A DNA stretch of 64,000 nucleotides from Ardenticatenia bacterium (lineage in GTDB: Bacteria > Chloroflexota > Anaerolineae > 4572-78 > NAK82), in NCBI GenBank assembly GCA_003130875.1, contig QEXY01000043.1:19141-83140 (forward strand), written 5' to 3'. The translations under genes and the position numbers were made by a program. Each line of letters starts with the position of its first letter. The stretch's first letter is position 1. The notes beneath the pieces were generated by a model that saw nothing but the letters and a program-made list of their open reading frames with translations, was not told where the DNA came from and made no database searches. Shown in pieces: positions 56,723 through 64,000 of the stretch.

Positions 56723-57490
56723 TCAACCTTGCAGTTCAGCATAGAGCACATAACGGTCGCCACGGTGATAGTAACGCAGATACTCCACCGGCACGTCGCC
56801 CTGGGTGTAGGAAACGCGTTCCACGTATAGGAGAGGGGCGCGCGCCGGCACTTTTAGCAGGTGTGCGATGGCGTTCGGCGCCGCGATAGCACGGATGGTC
56901 TGTCGGGCACGCACCAGGCGGATGCCGTACTCGCGTTCCAGTGTCTCGCGCAGAGGTTGGGCAGCATAATCATAGCGCAGTACACCCGGGCAATAACGGT
57001 GCACTAGGTGAGATTCTTCGATGCTCATCGGCTCGTCGTCGGCCAGGCGCAGCCGTTTCAGCAGGGCTAACTCCTCCCCAGGGGATATGTGCAGGTGTGT
57101 CGCGATGTCGAGTGGTGCGCTGATGAGCTCGGCTGAGAGCACCTGAGTGCCCGGCCGCAGGCCGCGGCGGCGCATATCCTCGGTGAAGCTAATGATGCGT
57201 GTCAACCCCTGCTCCACAGTCGGATGTGCCACGAAGGAGCCGCGACCACGCTGGCGGAAGATAAGCCCTTCCTTGACCAACAGGTCCAGCACCTGACGCA
57301 CAGTGGTGCGACTTACATGGTATTGCTGCACCAATTCTGATTCAGGTGGGATCATCTCACCAGGTTGCCAAGCACCGCTGAGGATGCGCTCGCGCAGGAT
57401 CTCATAGAGCTGATGGTACAACGGTAGCTTGCTGTTGCGGTCAATGAGCAGTCCAGACAGGCTAGCAGGAGCAGAAGGCATATTCATCAT
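56723..57490 (-). CDS. GntR-family transcriptional regulator (HutC subfamily, UTRA domain)
   Basis: 'LPPESELVQQYHVSRTTVRQVLDLLVKEGLI' wHTH plus a UTRA effector domain. Confidence 0.85.
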   Translation of the reverse strand: MMNMPSAPASLSGLLIDRNSKLPLYHQLYEILRERILSGAWQPGEMIPPESELVQQYHVSRTTVRQVLDLLVKEGLIFRQRGRGSFVAHPTVEQGLTRIISFTEDMRRRGLRPGTQVLSAELISAPLDIATHLHISPGEELALLKRLRLADDEPMSIEESHLVHRYCPGVLRYDYAAQPLRETLEREYGIRLVRARQTIRAIAAPNAIAHLLKVPARAPLLYVERVSYTQGDVPVEYLRYYHRGDRYVLYAELQG

Positions 57491-57513
57491 TCCGATTGAC
57501 CAAATGTAACAAC

Positions 57514-57542
57514 ATTATAACATATACGCGCCCAAAAGTCAA
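57514..57542 (-). promoter_or_regulatory. promoter TTGACT-17-TATAAT for the GntR-kinase-transketolase unit; overlapping imperfect palindrome TGTTATAATGTTGTTACA (57505-57522)
   Basis: Read on the minus strand. The -35 lies 14 nt from repeat copy 4. The GT...AC palindrome is compatible with a GntR-type operator. Confidence 0.55.
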
Positions 57543-57556
57543 GCTCGTGGGCACTC

Positions 57557-57647
57557 GAGGGTGTTGAAAAAAGTCTTTAGTTACCCGCTTTATTGACCCA
57601 TTTTCCTATGAAAATCTGAGCGGTCAAGGGACTTTTTCAACACCCTC
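57557..57647 (+). repeat. ~90-nt hairpin repeat, copy 4
   Basis: GAGGGTGTTGAAAAAAGTCTTTAGTTACCCGCTTTATTGACCC...GGGACTTTTTCAACACCCTC. Confidence 0.9.
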
Positions 57648-57654
57648 TACATAC

Positions 57655-57922
57655 TCAGGGGAAGTAGCGGTAAATATCCTTGCGGGGCAATATCCTGACG
57701 AAAATAACCTCGTCTCCGACCACTTCCATCCCAATCCGAATAGTCCTCTATGCACAGGCGATAGAAGGTTGCATATCCTCGCAGTTTGCTCACGTTCCGG
57801 ATCTCGTGTAACCCGAGACCATTTTGACTTCGCTGATCACTCGCTCAACCTGCTCGAGCACCGCCTGGTCGTGGATCTTTTTTCAGATCGCGCGCAAAGC
57901 TCGCCTCAAAGGAGACCTTCAC
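57655..57922 (-). pseudogene. RelE/ParE-family toxin pseudogene (three frameshifts)
   Basis: Joining three frames gives 'VKVSFEASFARDLKK|IHDQAVLEQVERVISEVKMVSG|LHEIRNVSKLRGYATFYRLCIEDY|RIGMEVVGDEVIFVRILPRKDIYRYFP*'. Length is 268 nt (3n+1). One indel lies in the A6 run at 57878-57883. Confidence 0.75.
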
Positions 57923-58124
57923 GCCTGCCCTCGCAGGATGGCCAGAACCTGGTCTTCTGGCACAAACGCATCGCGTCGACCTGCGCGGTGGCATTGGCCA
58001 AACCGATCTCCTCGATGGCTTCCACCAAGACATCGAGGAACAGGTCGCGTTTTTCTTGCATCAGCTCCACCAGTACTTCCTTGAGCAGCTCTTTCGCTTG
58101 CTTTTCGCTAATGGTCAGTTCCAT
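57919..58124 (-). pseudogene. cognate antitoxin pseudogene (one frameshift)
   Basis: 'MELTISEKQAKELLKEVLVELMQEKRDLFLDVLVEAIEEIGLANA' continues in another frame as 'GRRDAFVPEDQVLAILRGQA*'. That stop overlaps the toxin GTG (GTGA). Length is 206 nt (3n-1). Confidence 0.65.
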
Positions 58125-58319
58125 TGGGCATTTCTCCTGCTTGCCATCGCAGCCTGGCCTTATCCAGCTCGATCCGCGTCGCGCTCTCCTCAAGCGTCAC
58201 TGGCCGCTAAGGACATTAGGCTTGTCGTTCCGATGACAAGCGCGTTGAGGTAGGTGGTCAAATGGGCTGAGGCAGTGGAACACTTCTCAGTGGTCTTTTT
58301 AAGGTTCTCGGAAAAGACG

Positions 58320-60116
58320 TCACGGTTGTTTTGTCGCCGGTGGGGACGTATCAAAAGGAATACGCGCTTCAACCGGTGCCTCAAACTTCAAGGGCACGAT
58401 GCGCACTTCATAATGAGCCGGTGGTGCCTTGAGGAGGTCAAAATCGGGATGATCGGGTTGTGCTCTGAGCGCCAGTTCAAAACGGCCTTCTTCTTGAACT
58501 TCGCCACGCTGTGTCTCCGGAATAGCCCACTCCACCAGCTGCCCCTCGCGCCAGAGCTCTGCCTGGATCAGTTGTCCAGGCGGCAAAGGCAACGTGCCTT
58601 CGATGTGGATCAGACCAGGTTTGATGGTCAACCTCAGATCGCGCACCGGGATCGGGATGCGGGTAGGCGTGGGTTCTATCTCGGTTGGACCAATGCTGGG
58701 GGCTTCCGCAACGTCTGGCTCGACTGACGTTGGCGTGATCAGTACACCCTCCTCAGCAATCGAGGTCAGAGTCCCCTCGGTTGGTGATACCGTGGGCACT
58801 TCGACGGGCACGATTGGGGTCTCGGTTTCGGGAGGCGCAGCCTCCACCTCCGCGGCAGGTGATGGCTCGGCCGATAGCACTTCGCCCGGAGGCGATGTTA
58901 CGGGCACTTCGGCAGGCATGGCCGGAATTTCGGTTTCGGGAGGCACCGCTTTCGCCTCCGCAGTAGGTGACGGCTCAGCCGATACCTCGGGCACTTCGAC
59001 CGGGGGCGGTGTGGTGGGAACTTCGACGGGCACGGCCGGGGTCTCGGTTTCGGGAGGTATAACCGCTGCCGCCGCGACGGGCGAGGGTTCAGCTGCTGTC
59101 TCCGGCATTTCGGTGGGCTTGACCGGTGTCGTAACGGCAGGTGGAAGATCAGATGGCGCTGCCGCTTTCTCGGCGGACGGTGTGGGTGCTGCAGGTATCG
59201 TGGTCGTCGGTGGCACGGCCGCTCCGATGGCAGCAGGTGAAGGCTCGGACGGTATCACAACCTCTTCAGTTGGGGGTTGCGCCACAGGTGCCTCGGTTGC
59301 TGCGGACACTACCATCGCCCCTGCCGTGGGTGGGATGGTAAATGACGGCTCAGGGGACGCAGCACCCACATAGCGCTGCGCACGCATGTCCTCTTCAACG
59401 GTTGCCTCCCCTGGCACTTCGGCTTGCTGTGGTGATGGCTGCGCTCCCGCAGCGCTTTCGCGTTCCGGTTGCACCACAAGCGGTGTAGGGGAAGGTGTCC
59501 CATACTCTTCTCTTGCTTCCGGTGATGGCGTGGGTATTGGCGCGGGAGGTTCACCCGGCTGACCTGGAATAGGTGAGGCCGGCATTGACCCTGGCAGGGA
59601 TGATTCAGCGGACGGGCTGAGCACATCACGCGCGACTGCAGGACTTGAGACGGTTGGGGTAGCTGTGCTTGTAACACCCGGGATTGATACGACGGTGGGT
59701 ATGCCGGGTATACTGTGGGTGACCGGCACCCGCGCGAGTGGCATCACAGGCCTGTATGAGACGATCTGGTTGTACAAGAGAACCCCTGCCAGCATGATGA
59801 TGCACATCAGTGCTGCCAGCCCAGTGGCTAAGCCCGGCACGCCAAAAAGCCAGCGCCATACCGGCGGTCTTGCCGGAGCGACCCATTCCGGGTGCAGGGT
59901 GAAGGGATAGGGCGGTGTGACGGGAGGCAACCGGTTCAGCAAACGCACCACCTGACGCAAGGATTCTAGCTCACGCTGACATACTGGACAGGTGGACAGG
60001 TGTTGCTCGACCAGGTAGCGCTCCCGATCATCCACCTGACCGTCCAGGTAGGCCGAAAGCAGCTGGGCAACCTTTTGATGGAGCAGATGATCCGAGCTAG
60101 GTTGTTTCCTCTTCAT
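58320..60116 (-). CDS. anti-sigma factor (zf-HC2), single TM, long Pro/Thr/Glu/Ala-rich extracytoplasmic region and small C-terminal domain
   Basis: 'HLSTCPVCQRELESL' zinc-finger motif. TM segment 'GLATGLAALMCIIMLAGVLLY'. ATG 60116 overlaps the sigma gene by 20 nt. Confidence 0.8.
   Translation of the reverse strand: MKRKQPSSDHLLHQKVAQLLSAYLDGQVDDRERYLVEQHLSTCPVCQRELESLRQVVRLLNRLPPVTPPYPFTLHPEWVAPARPPVWRWLFGVPGLATGLAALMCIIMLAGVLLYNQIVSYRPVMPLARVPVTHSIPGIPTVVSIPGVTSTATPTVSSPAVARDVLSPSAESSLPGSMPASPIPGQPGEPPAPIPTPSPEAREEYGTPSPTPLVVQPERESAAGAQPSPQQAEVPGEATVEEDMRAQRYVGAASPEPSFTIPPTAGAMVVSAATEAPVAQPPTEEVVIPSEPSPAAIGAAVPPTTTIPAAPTPSAEKAAAPSDLPPAVTTPVKPTEMPETAAEPSPVAAAAVIPPETETPAVPVEVPTTPPPVEVPEVSAEPSPTAEAKAVPPETEIPAMPAEVPVTSPPGEVLSAEPSPAAEVEAAPPETETPIVPVEVPTVSPTEGTLTSIAEEGVLITPTSVEPDVAEAPSIGPTEIEPTPTRIPIPVRDLRLTIKPGLIHIEGTLPLPPGQLIQAELWREGQLVEWAIPETQRGEVQEEGRFELALRAQPDHPDFDLLKAPPAHYEVRIVPLKFEAPVEARIPFDTSPPATKQP
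58780..59110 (-). repeat. in-frame imperfect tandem repeats (~108-114 nt x3, plus a degenerate fourth further upstream in the gene)
   Basis: The motif tcggtttcggg recurs at ~58822, 58930 and 59044. It encodes 'AEPSP.A....PPETE.P..P.EVP' units. Borders are approximate. Confidence 0.6.
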
Positions 60117-60726
60117 CACGTATGAGCTGACGATATTTGTCGGGCAGAAGTTCCGGGTGCGCGGCCAGAAGATAGTCGCGCAGCTTGGCGCGCGCACGAC
60201 TCAACCTTGATTTAACCGTTCCTAATGGGATACCTGTGATCTCGGCGATTTCCTGATAGGTGAACCCTTGTACATCCGAGAGGACGATAATCGCACGTTG
60301 ATCGGCCGGCAGACTGGCAATGCCGCTCTGAAGGACATCGGCGAGCTCACGGCTCATAATCTGTTCCTCTGGGCCAGCGCCTTCATGGGTCATCCAGGAG
60401 AAATGTTCGGGATTTTCCCCTGCATCCTCGCTTGTGGTCAACTCCTCCAGGGAGTGTGCTGGCCGACGGCGCTGATATCGCAGGTGGTCATAGCACATGT
60501 TGGTCACAATGCGCAACAGCCAGCTCTTGAAAGAGCTACCGCGCAGCGCACGGATATGCCTGAAGGCAGAGAGAAACGCTTCCTGGCACACATCAGCGGC
60601 AGCATCTGCATCACCCATAATGCGATAGGCCACATTATAAGCGAGATTCTGATATGCCAGAACCAAGCGGTTGAAGGCTCTCAGATCGCCGCGCTGGGCT
60701 CGCGCGACCGTCTCCATTTCATCCAT
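60097..60726 (-). CDS. ECF-type RNA polymerase sigma factor
   Basis: 209 aa. Region 2 'FNRLVLAYQNLAYNVAYRIMGDADAAADVCQEAFL' and region 4 'QEIAEITGIPLGTVKSRLSRAR'. Confidence 0.9.
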   Translation of the reverse strand: MDEMETVARAQRGDLRAFNRLVLAYQNLAYNVAYRIMGDADAAADVCQEAFLSAFRHIRALRGSSFKSWLLRIVTNMCYDHLRYQRRRPAHSLEELTTSEDAGENPEHFSWMTHEGAGPEEQIMSRELADVLQSGIASLPADQRAIIVLSDVQGFTYQEIAEITGIPLGTVKSRLSRARAKLRDYLLAAHPELLPDKYRQLIRDEEETT

Positions 60727-60768
60727 AGAGTGATACCCGCGCCCTGCTCAGGGGACAGCCGGCCAGAT

Positions 60769-60797
60769 TTGACGAACTTCCCCAACTCACCTATACT
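60769..60797 (+). promoter_or_regulatory. promoter TTGACG-17-TATACT for tRNA-Leu
   Basis: Read directly. The -10 ends 14 nt before the tRNA 5' end. Confidence 0.5.
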
Positions 60798-60811
60798 CGG
60801 TTGCGGTTGAT

Positions 60812-60894
<83 letters not shown>

Positions 60895-61056
60895 TTGTCC
60901 GTCAATGGAGACCAACCCAAACTATCGGGGTACAATTGCACTCGACTTGAGATCGTCGCATCACTGCGACTATGCGCGATATGATGGCGGGGCTTCGGGA
61001 ACAGCTCGAGCTCACATCGCGTGAAACGCAATCGATTATAGTTGTGACCAGCGGAG

Positions 61057-62109
61057 ATGCGCAAACTACATCGCAAACTTCTCTTTTTGGTGGCCGGCAT
61101 CCCAGTTGGCTGCCTGGCGGGGCTTCTCCTCGGCCTGTTCATCGGATGGCAGTTACTCCCCGTCGAATATGTGAATACTGAGATCAGCGACCTCGGTCCA
61201 GTCGAGAAAGAGGACTATGTCCTCATGGTGGCAGCCGAATACAGCGTAGATGGCGACGCCAACAAAGCACTGGCACGTCTGGAGGAGCTAAATGTCGCCA
61301 ATCCAGACCAATTTGTGGCCTACCTGGCGGAGAAATACGTCCAGGAGGGACGTGATCCCAACGATCCGGACACGGTGAACCTGGTGCGGCTGGCCGATGT
61401 GCTGGGTGTCAGCAGCCAGATGATGTTGGAGTACGTGGCGACACCCACTCCGACGGCGACCGTCACCCCAACACCGACCCATACTCCGACGCCAACTGCA
61501 ACGGCAACGCATACACCTGTGCCCACGCCAACCCCAGAGGCTACTCCGACTGAGACGCCCAAACCCACTCGGCCACCCCGGCCGACTCCTACCCCAGGCC
61601 CGCCTACCGATACGCCTACTCCAACACCACCACCGGTTGACTTCGTGGTAAAGGAAGCGCGGATGTTGTCCATCTCTGAAAACGGCGGATGTCGCGGCCG
61701 TCACGAAGTCTCCATCTCTGTGCTCGATGTCAACGGACAACCCTTATTGGGAGCAGTGGTGACCGACCTGCCGGAGTTCGGCAATTTTCGCGTGGTGACT
61801 GGCCAAAAGAACGAACCCTTCTTCGACTGGGGTGTCAAGCTGGCCGAGATCGATTTATACAAGTCTAGCACACGTCTGCTGGTGGCAGAGTATCCAGAAG
61901 GAAGGCCTGTGACCAGCGAAGTGTCTCCCACCCTGAGCACCAATGATTGGGAAATCGGTATTCCTCTGCTAATCGAAAAGGGTTACTGCAGCGATGAAGC
62001 GCAATGCCGGCGCGATTGGAACAGCGGGGTGCCCGGTGTGGGAGCCAATGCATTGTGTTGGGGACATTATTCCTGGTGGCTTGTCTTCCAGGCAACGCAT
62101 CCGTTTTAG
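61057..62109 (+). CDS. bitopic membrane protein, paralog A (N-terminal TM + helical domain, Thr/Pro linker, Cys-containing C-terminal domain)
   Basis: 350 aa. TM segment 'LLFLVAGIPVGCLAGLLLGLFIGW'. ~65-aa T/P linker (DNA 61441-61635). No family recognised. Confidence 0.7.
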   Translation: MRKLHRKLLFLVAGIPVGCLAGLLLGLFIGWQLLPVEYVNTEISDLGPVEKEDYVLMVAAEYSVDGDANKALARLEELNVANPDQFVAYLAEKYVQEGRDPNDPDTVNLVRLADVLGVSSQMMLEYVATPTPTATVTPTPTHTPTPTATATHTPVPTPTPEATPTETPKPTRPPRPTPTPGPPTDTPTPTPPPVDFVVKEARMLSISENGGCRGRHEVSISVLDVNGQPLLGAVVTDLPEFGNFRVVTGQKNEPFFDWGVKLAEIDLYKSSTRLLVAEYPEGRPVTSEVSPTLSTNDWEIGIPLLIEKGYCSDEAQCRRDWNSGVPGVGANALCWGHYSWWLVFQATHPF

Positions 62110-62127
62110 GATGCCAATACGGCTGAT

Positions 62128-63042
62128 GTGAAGAGCGGCGAGCGGATCTGGTGGATTGCAGGTTTCTTGGTCGGGCTGATGATCGGCATGAGCATGAGCC
62201 TGTTCTACACATGGGTACTGGATCCGCCTGCTTTGACCTTAGCACCACCTTCCTCGCTCAACCCGCACGACAAAGAAATCTATATGGTGCTCGTTGCAGC
62301 TAGCTATACGGCGGATGGTGATTTAGCACGCGCCGAGCGCCGGCTGGCCGCGTTACGGGATCCCCGTATTGGTGCTACGCTGGTGGCACTGGCCGAGCGG
62401 TACATCGCCGAAGAACGCGATGCGCGTGAAGTGCGTGCCCTGGCACGGCTGGCAGATGCCTTTGGTTATACTTCGGCGGCGCTGCGTGCTTTCATCCCTA
62501 CACCTACTCTCACCCACACCCCAAGTCCGACCGCAACACCTTCGCCGACTCATACCTCTACAGCATCTTCGACACCGACGCATACGGTGCCGGCAACAAC
62601 GCGTACCGTCACCCCCGTTCGGCAACCGACTTCCACTTCGACCCAGACGGTCACCCCCGCTCCAACGAAGACGTCCACCCTTACCGTGACCCCTACCGTT
62701 GAACACGACCGGTTCCGGGTGGTGCAGTCGACACCTTTGTGTGATGTGCAATCCAATGGGATGTTGCGTATCTACGTGCGGGATTCGGATGGCGAAGGGA
62801 TACGGGGTGTCCAGATCGTTGTAAGATGGCCCGAGGGTGAAGACCGCTTTTACACCGGTCTCAAACCGGATATAGACCCTGGCTACGCCGATTTTGAGAT
62901 GCAGCCAGGCCAAGTGTACGAAGTGCAGCTGGTGGACAAAAACAGTGATGTGGCCGATAATGTTGGAAACATCGCAAAGCAGACCTGCCCGGATCTCCCG
63001 GCGGATAAACGTCCTTCGTGGCAGGTGGTTTTTCAGAGATGA
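62128..63042 (+). CDS. bitopic membrane protein, paralog B
   Basis: 304 aa, GTG start. N-domain aligns with paralog A ('KEIYMVLVAASYTADGDLARAERRLAAL' against 'KEDYVLMVAAEYSVDGDANKALARLEEL'). Has a T/P/S linker. Confidence 0.7.
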   Translation: MKSGERIWWIAGFLVGLMIGMSMSLFYTWVLDPPALTLAPPSSLNPHDKEIYMVLVAASYTADGDLARAERRLAALRDPRIGATLVALAERYIAEERDAREVRALARLADAFGYTSAALRAFIPTPTLTHTPSPTATPSPTHTSTASSTPTHTVPATTRTVTPVRQPTSTSTQTVTPAPTKTSTLTVTPTVEHDRFRVVQSTPLCDVQSNGMLRIYVRDSDGEGIRGVQIVVRWPEGEDRFYTGLKPDIDPGYADFEMQPGQVYEVQLVDKNSDVADNVGNIAKQTCPDLPADKRPSWQVVFQR

Positions 63043-64000
63043 TGGGGAACGTGAGCTTGGACGAGAACTTGTTGCGGAATGTACCATTGTTTTCTGGCCT
63101 GAATGAAGCAGAATTACGCGCATGGGCGCAATGTGGGCAGTTGGTGCGCTACGATGCCGGTGAGCAGCTGTTTGTCCGAGGTGATGCCAGCAAAGCCTTT
63201 TATCTCATTCAAGAGGGATGGGTGCGCCTAACACCTCATCCGGAGGACTCTCCACTGGCGACGCTGGGGCCGGGTAGCCTTCTAGGCGAAACAGAGTTCT
63301 TCCAAGGTGCCGATCATTCGCTCTATGCGATTGCCAATACGCCTGTGCAGGCATGGAGCTTCGAACAAGATGCTGTGCAGGCTGTGATTGACCAAAACAA
63401 GGCCATAGGCCTCAAACTAGGTCTGGCTTTGGGGATCGGGATCGTGCACTACCGCCAGCATTTGCTGGAGCGGCTGGGGCGTTTGCCCTTCCTGCGCATG
63501 CTGGAGAGCGAAGAGCAACGGCGCGCCCTAGTGGAACGGTTGGTGCCTCATTCCTACCAGCCTAATGAAGTGCTCTATCGCAGTGGTGACGCGCCAAGCG
63601 GTCTCTACATTGTCGAAAGTGGCACGTTGCGCATCATCGATGACAGCGGTGACAGTGCAGAGGTGCGTCAGGGCGAGACGCTGGGTGTGCTCTCCGTCTT
63701 GGCCGGTAAATCCCATCCTGAAACGGCCCAAGCGATCACACCGGTGATCGTCTGGCGTCTCGGCCCGGCGGAGTTCGCGCGCCTGGCTGATACCTACCCG
63801 CAACTACGCTCCTTGCTGGGACGTAACCTGCGTGCGTCCCTTAGTGCAGCCGACCGGGTGCGCGCGGTTGAAATGTTGAAGCGTATGCCTCTCTTCGCTG
63901 ATCTGGAACGTGTCCATCTGGACACGGTAGCTGCAAGTCTGGTGCTGCGCTATGTGCCCGCTGGAGACACCCTCTTTGGGCCAGGCGACCCCGGCGATGC
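63039..64000 (+). CDS. multi-domain cyclic-nucleotide-binding (cNMP/CAP-type) protein, 3' end beyond window
   Basis: Absent from the ORF track because no stop occurs before the window end. ATG 63039 overlaps the upstream stop (ATGA). Repeated 'PLF..L....L......R...G..LF..GD......Y.I..G' units occur at least 3 times. Confidence 0.75.
   Translation, partial: MMGNVSLDENLLRNVPLFSGLNEAELRAWAQCGQLVRYDAGEQLFVRGDASKAFYLIQEGWVRLTPHPEDSPLATLGPGSLLGETEFFQGADHSLYAIANTPVQAWSFEQDAVQAVIDQNKAIGLKLGLALGIGIVHYRQHLLERLGRLPFLRMLESEEQRRALVERLVPHSYQPNEVLYRSGDAPSGLYIVESGTLRIIDDSGDSAEVRQGETLGVLSVLAGKSHPETAQAITPVIVWRLGPAEFARLADTYPQLRSLLGRNLRASLSAADRVRAVEMLKRMPLFADLERVHLDTVAASLVLRYVPAGDTLFGPGDPGD

Noticed and set aside
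58780-59110. Tandem DNA repeats that might be mistaken for a CRISPR-like or minisatellite array. The same applies to the Thr/Pro-coding low-complexity DNA at 61441-61635 and 62500-62700.
   Set aside because: The repeats are contiguous with no spacers, imperfect, in frame, and lie inside well-supported CDSs. They encode Pro/Thr-rich linkers.

Overview
This is a GC-rich bacterial chromosomal segment. Gene content suggests a filamentous Chloroflexota-like organism, but that is inference only. All product calls rest on motifs I recognise by eye; no database search was possible.

The window is densely coding.
- **Housekeeping genes:** dnaN, trxB, birA, an RqcH-like gene, tRNA-Val(TAC) and tRNA-Leu(CAA).
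- **Transport:** a BMP/nucleoside-type ABC importer and a MacB-type exporter.
- **Lipid genes:** a phosphatidylinositol/PIM-like lipid gene trio.
- **Metal transport:** a CDF metal transporter.
- **Carbohydrate region (28-57.5 kb):** three CUT1 ABC systems; IclR, ROK and GntR regulators; KDG/KDPG genes; a split transketolase; a class II aldolase; and several dehydrogenases.
- **Right end:** an ECF sigma/anti-sigma pair, two paralogous Thr/Pro-rich membrane proteins, and a multi-cNMP-domain protein that runs off the window. The ORF track missed this last gene.
- No transposase, integrase, CRISPR array or rRNA was seen.

The most interesting signals are not ordinary genes.
1. A ~90-nt hairpin repeat has four copies. 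Each copy lies in the same relative orientation between the 3' end of a co-directional gene and a near-consensus sigma70 promoter, 2-14 nt from the -35 box.
2. A self-contained promoter, hairpin and intrinsic terminator unit of ~110 nt lies upstream of a PA14-repeat protein gene. It is a candidate sRNA.
3. A secreted 106-aa protein is 29% tyrosine, with (GYPYY)n repeats.
4. An ABC importer has its only binding-protein domain fused, without a signal peptide, to the N-terminus of a permease.
5. A CDF transporter carries three tandem cytoplasmic domains.
6. Two toxin-antitoxin loci are decayed.
7. A ketose-kinase, split-transketolase, SAF-dehydrogenase and aldolase cluster has an unassigned substrate.
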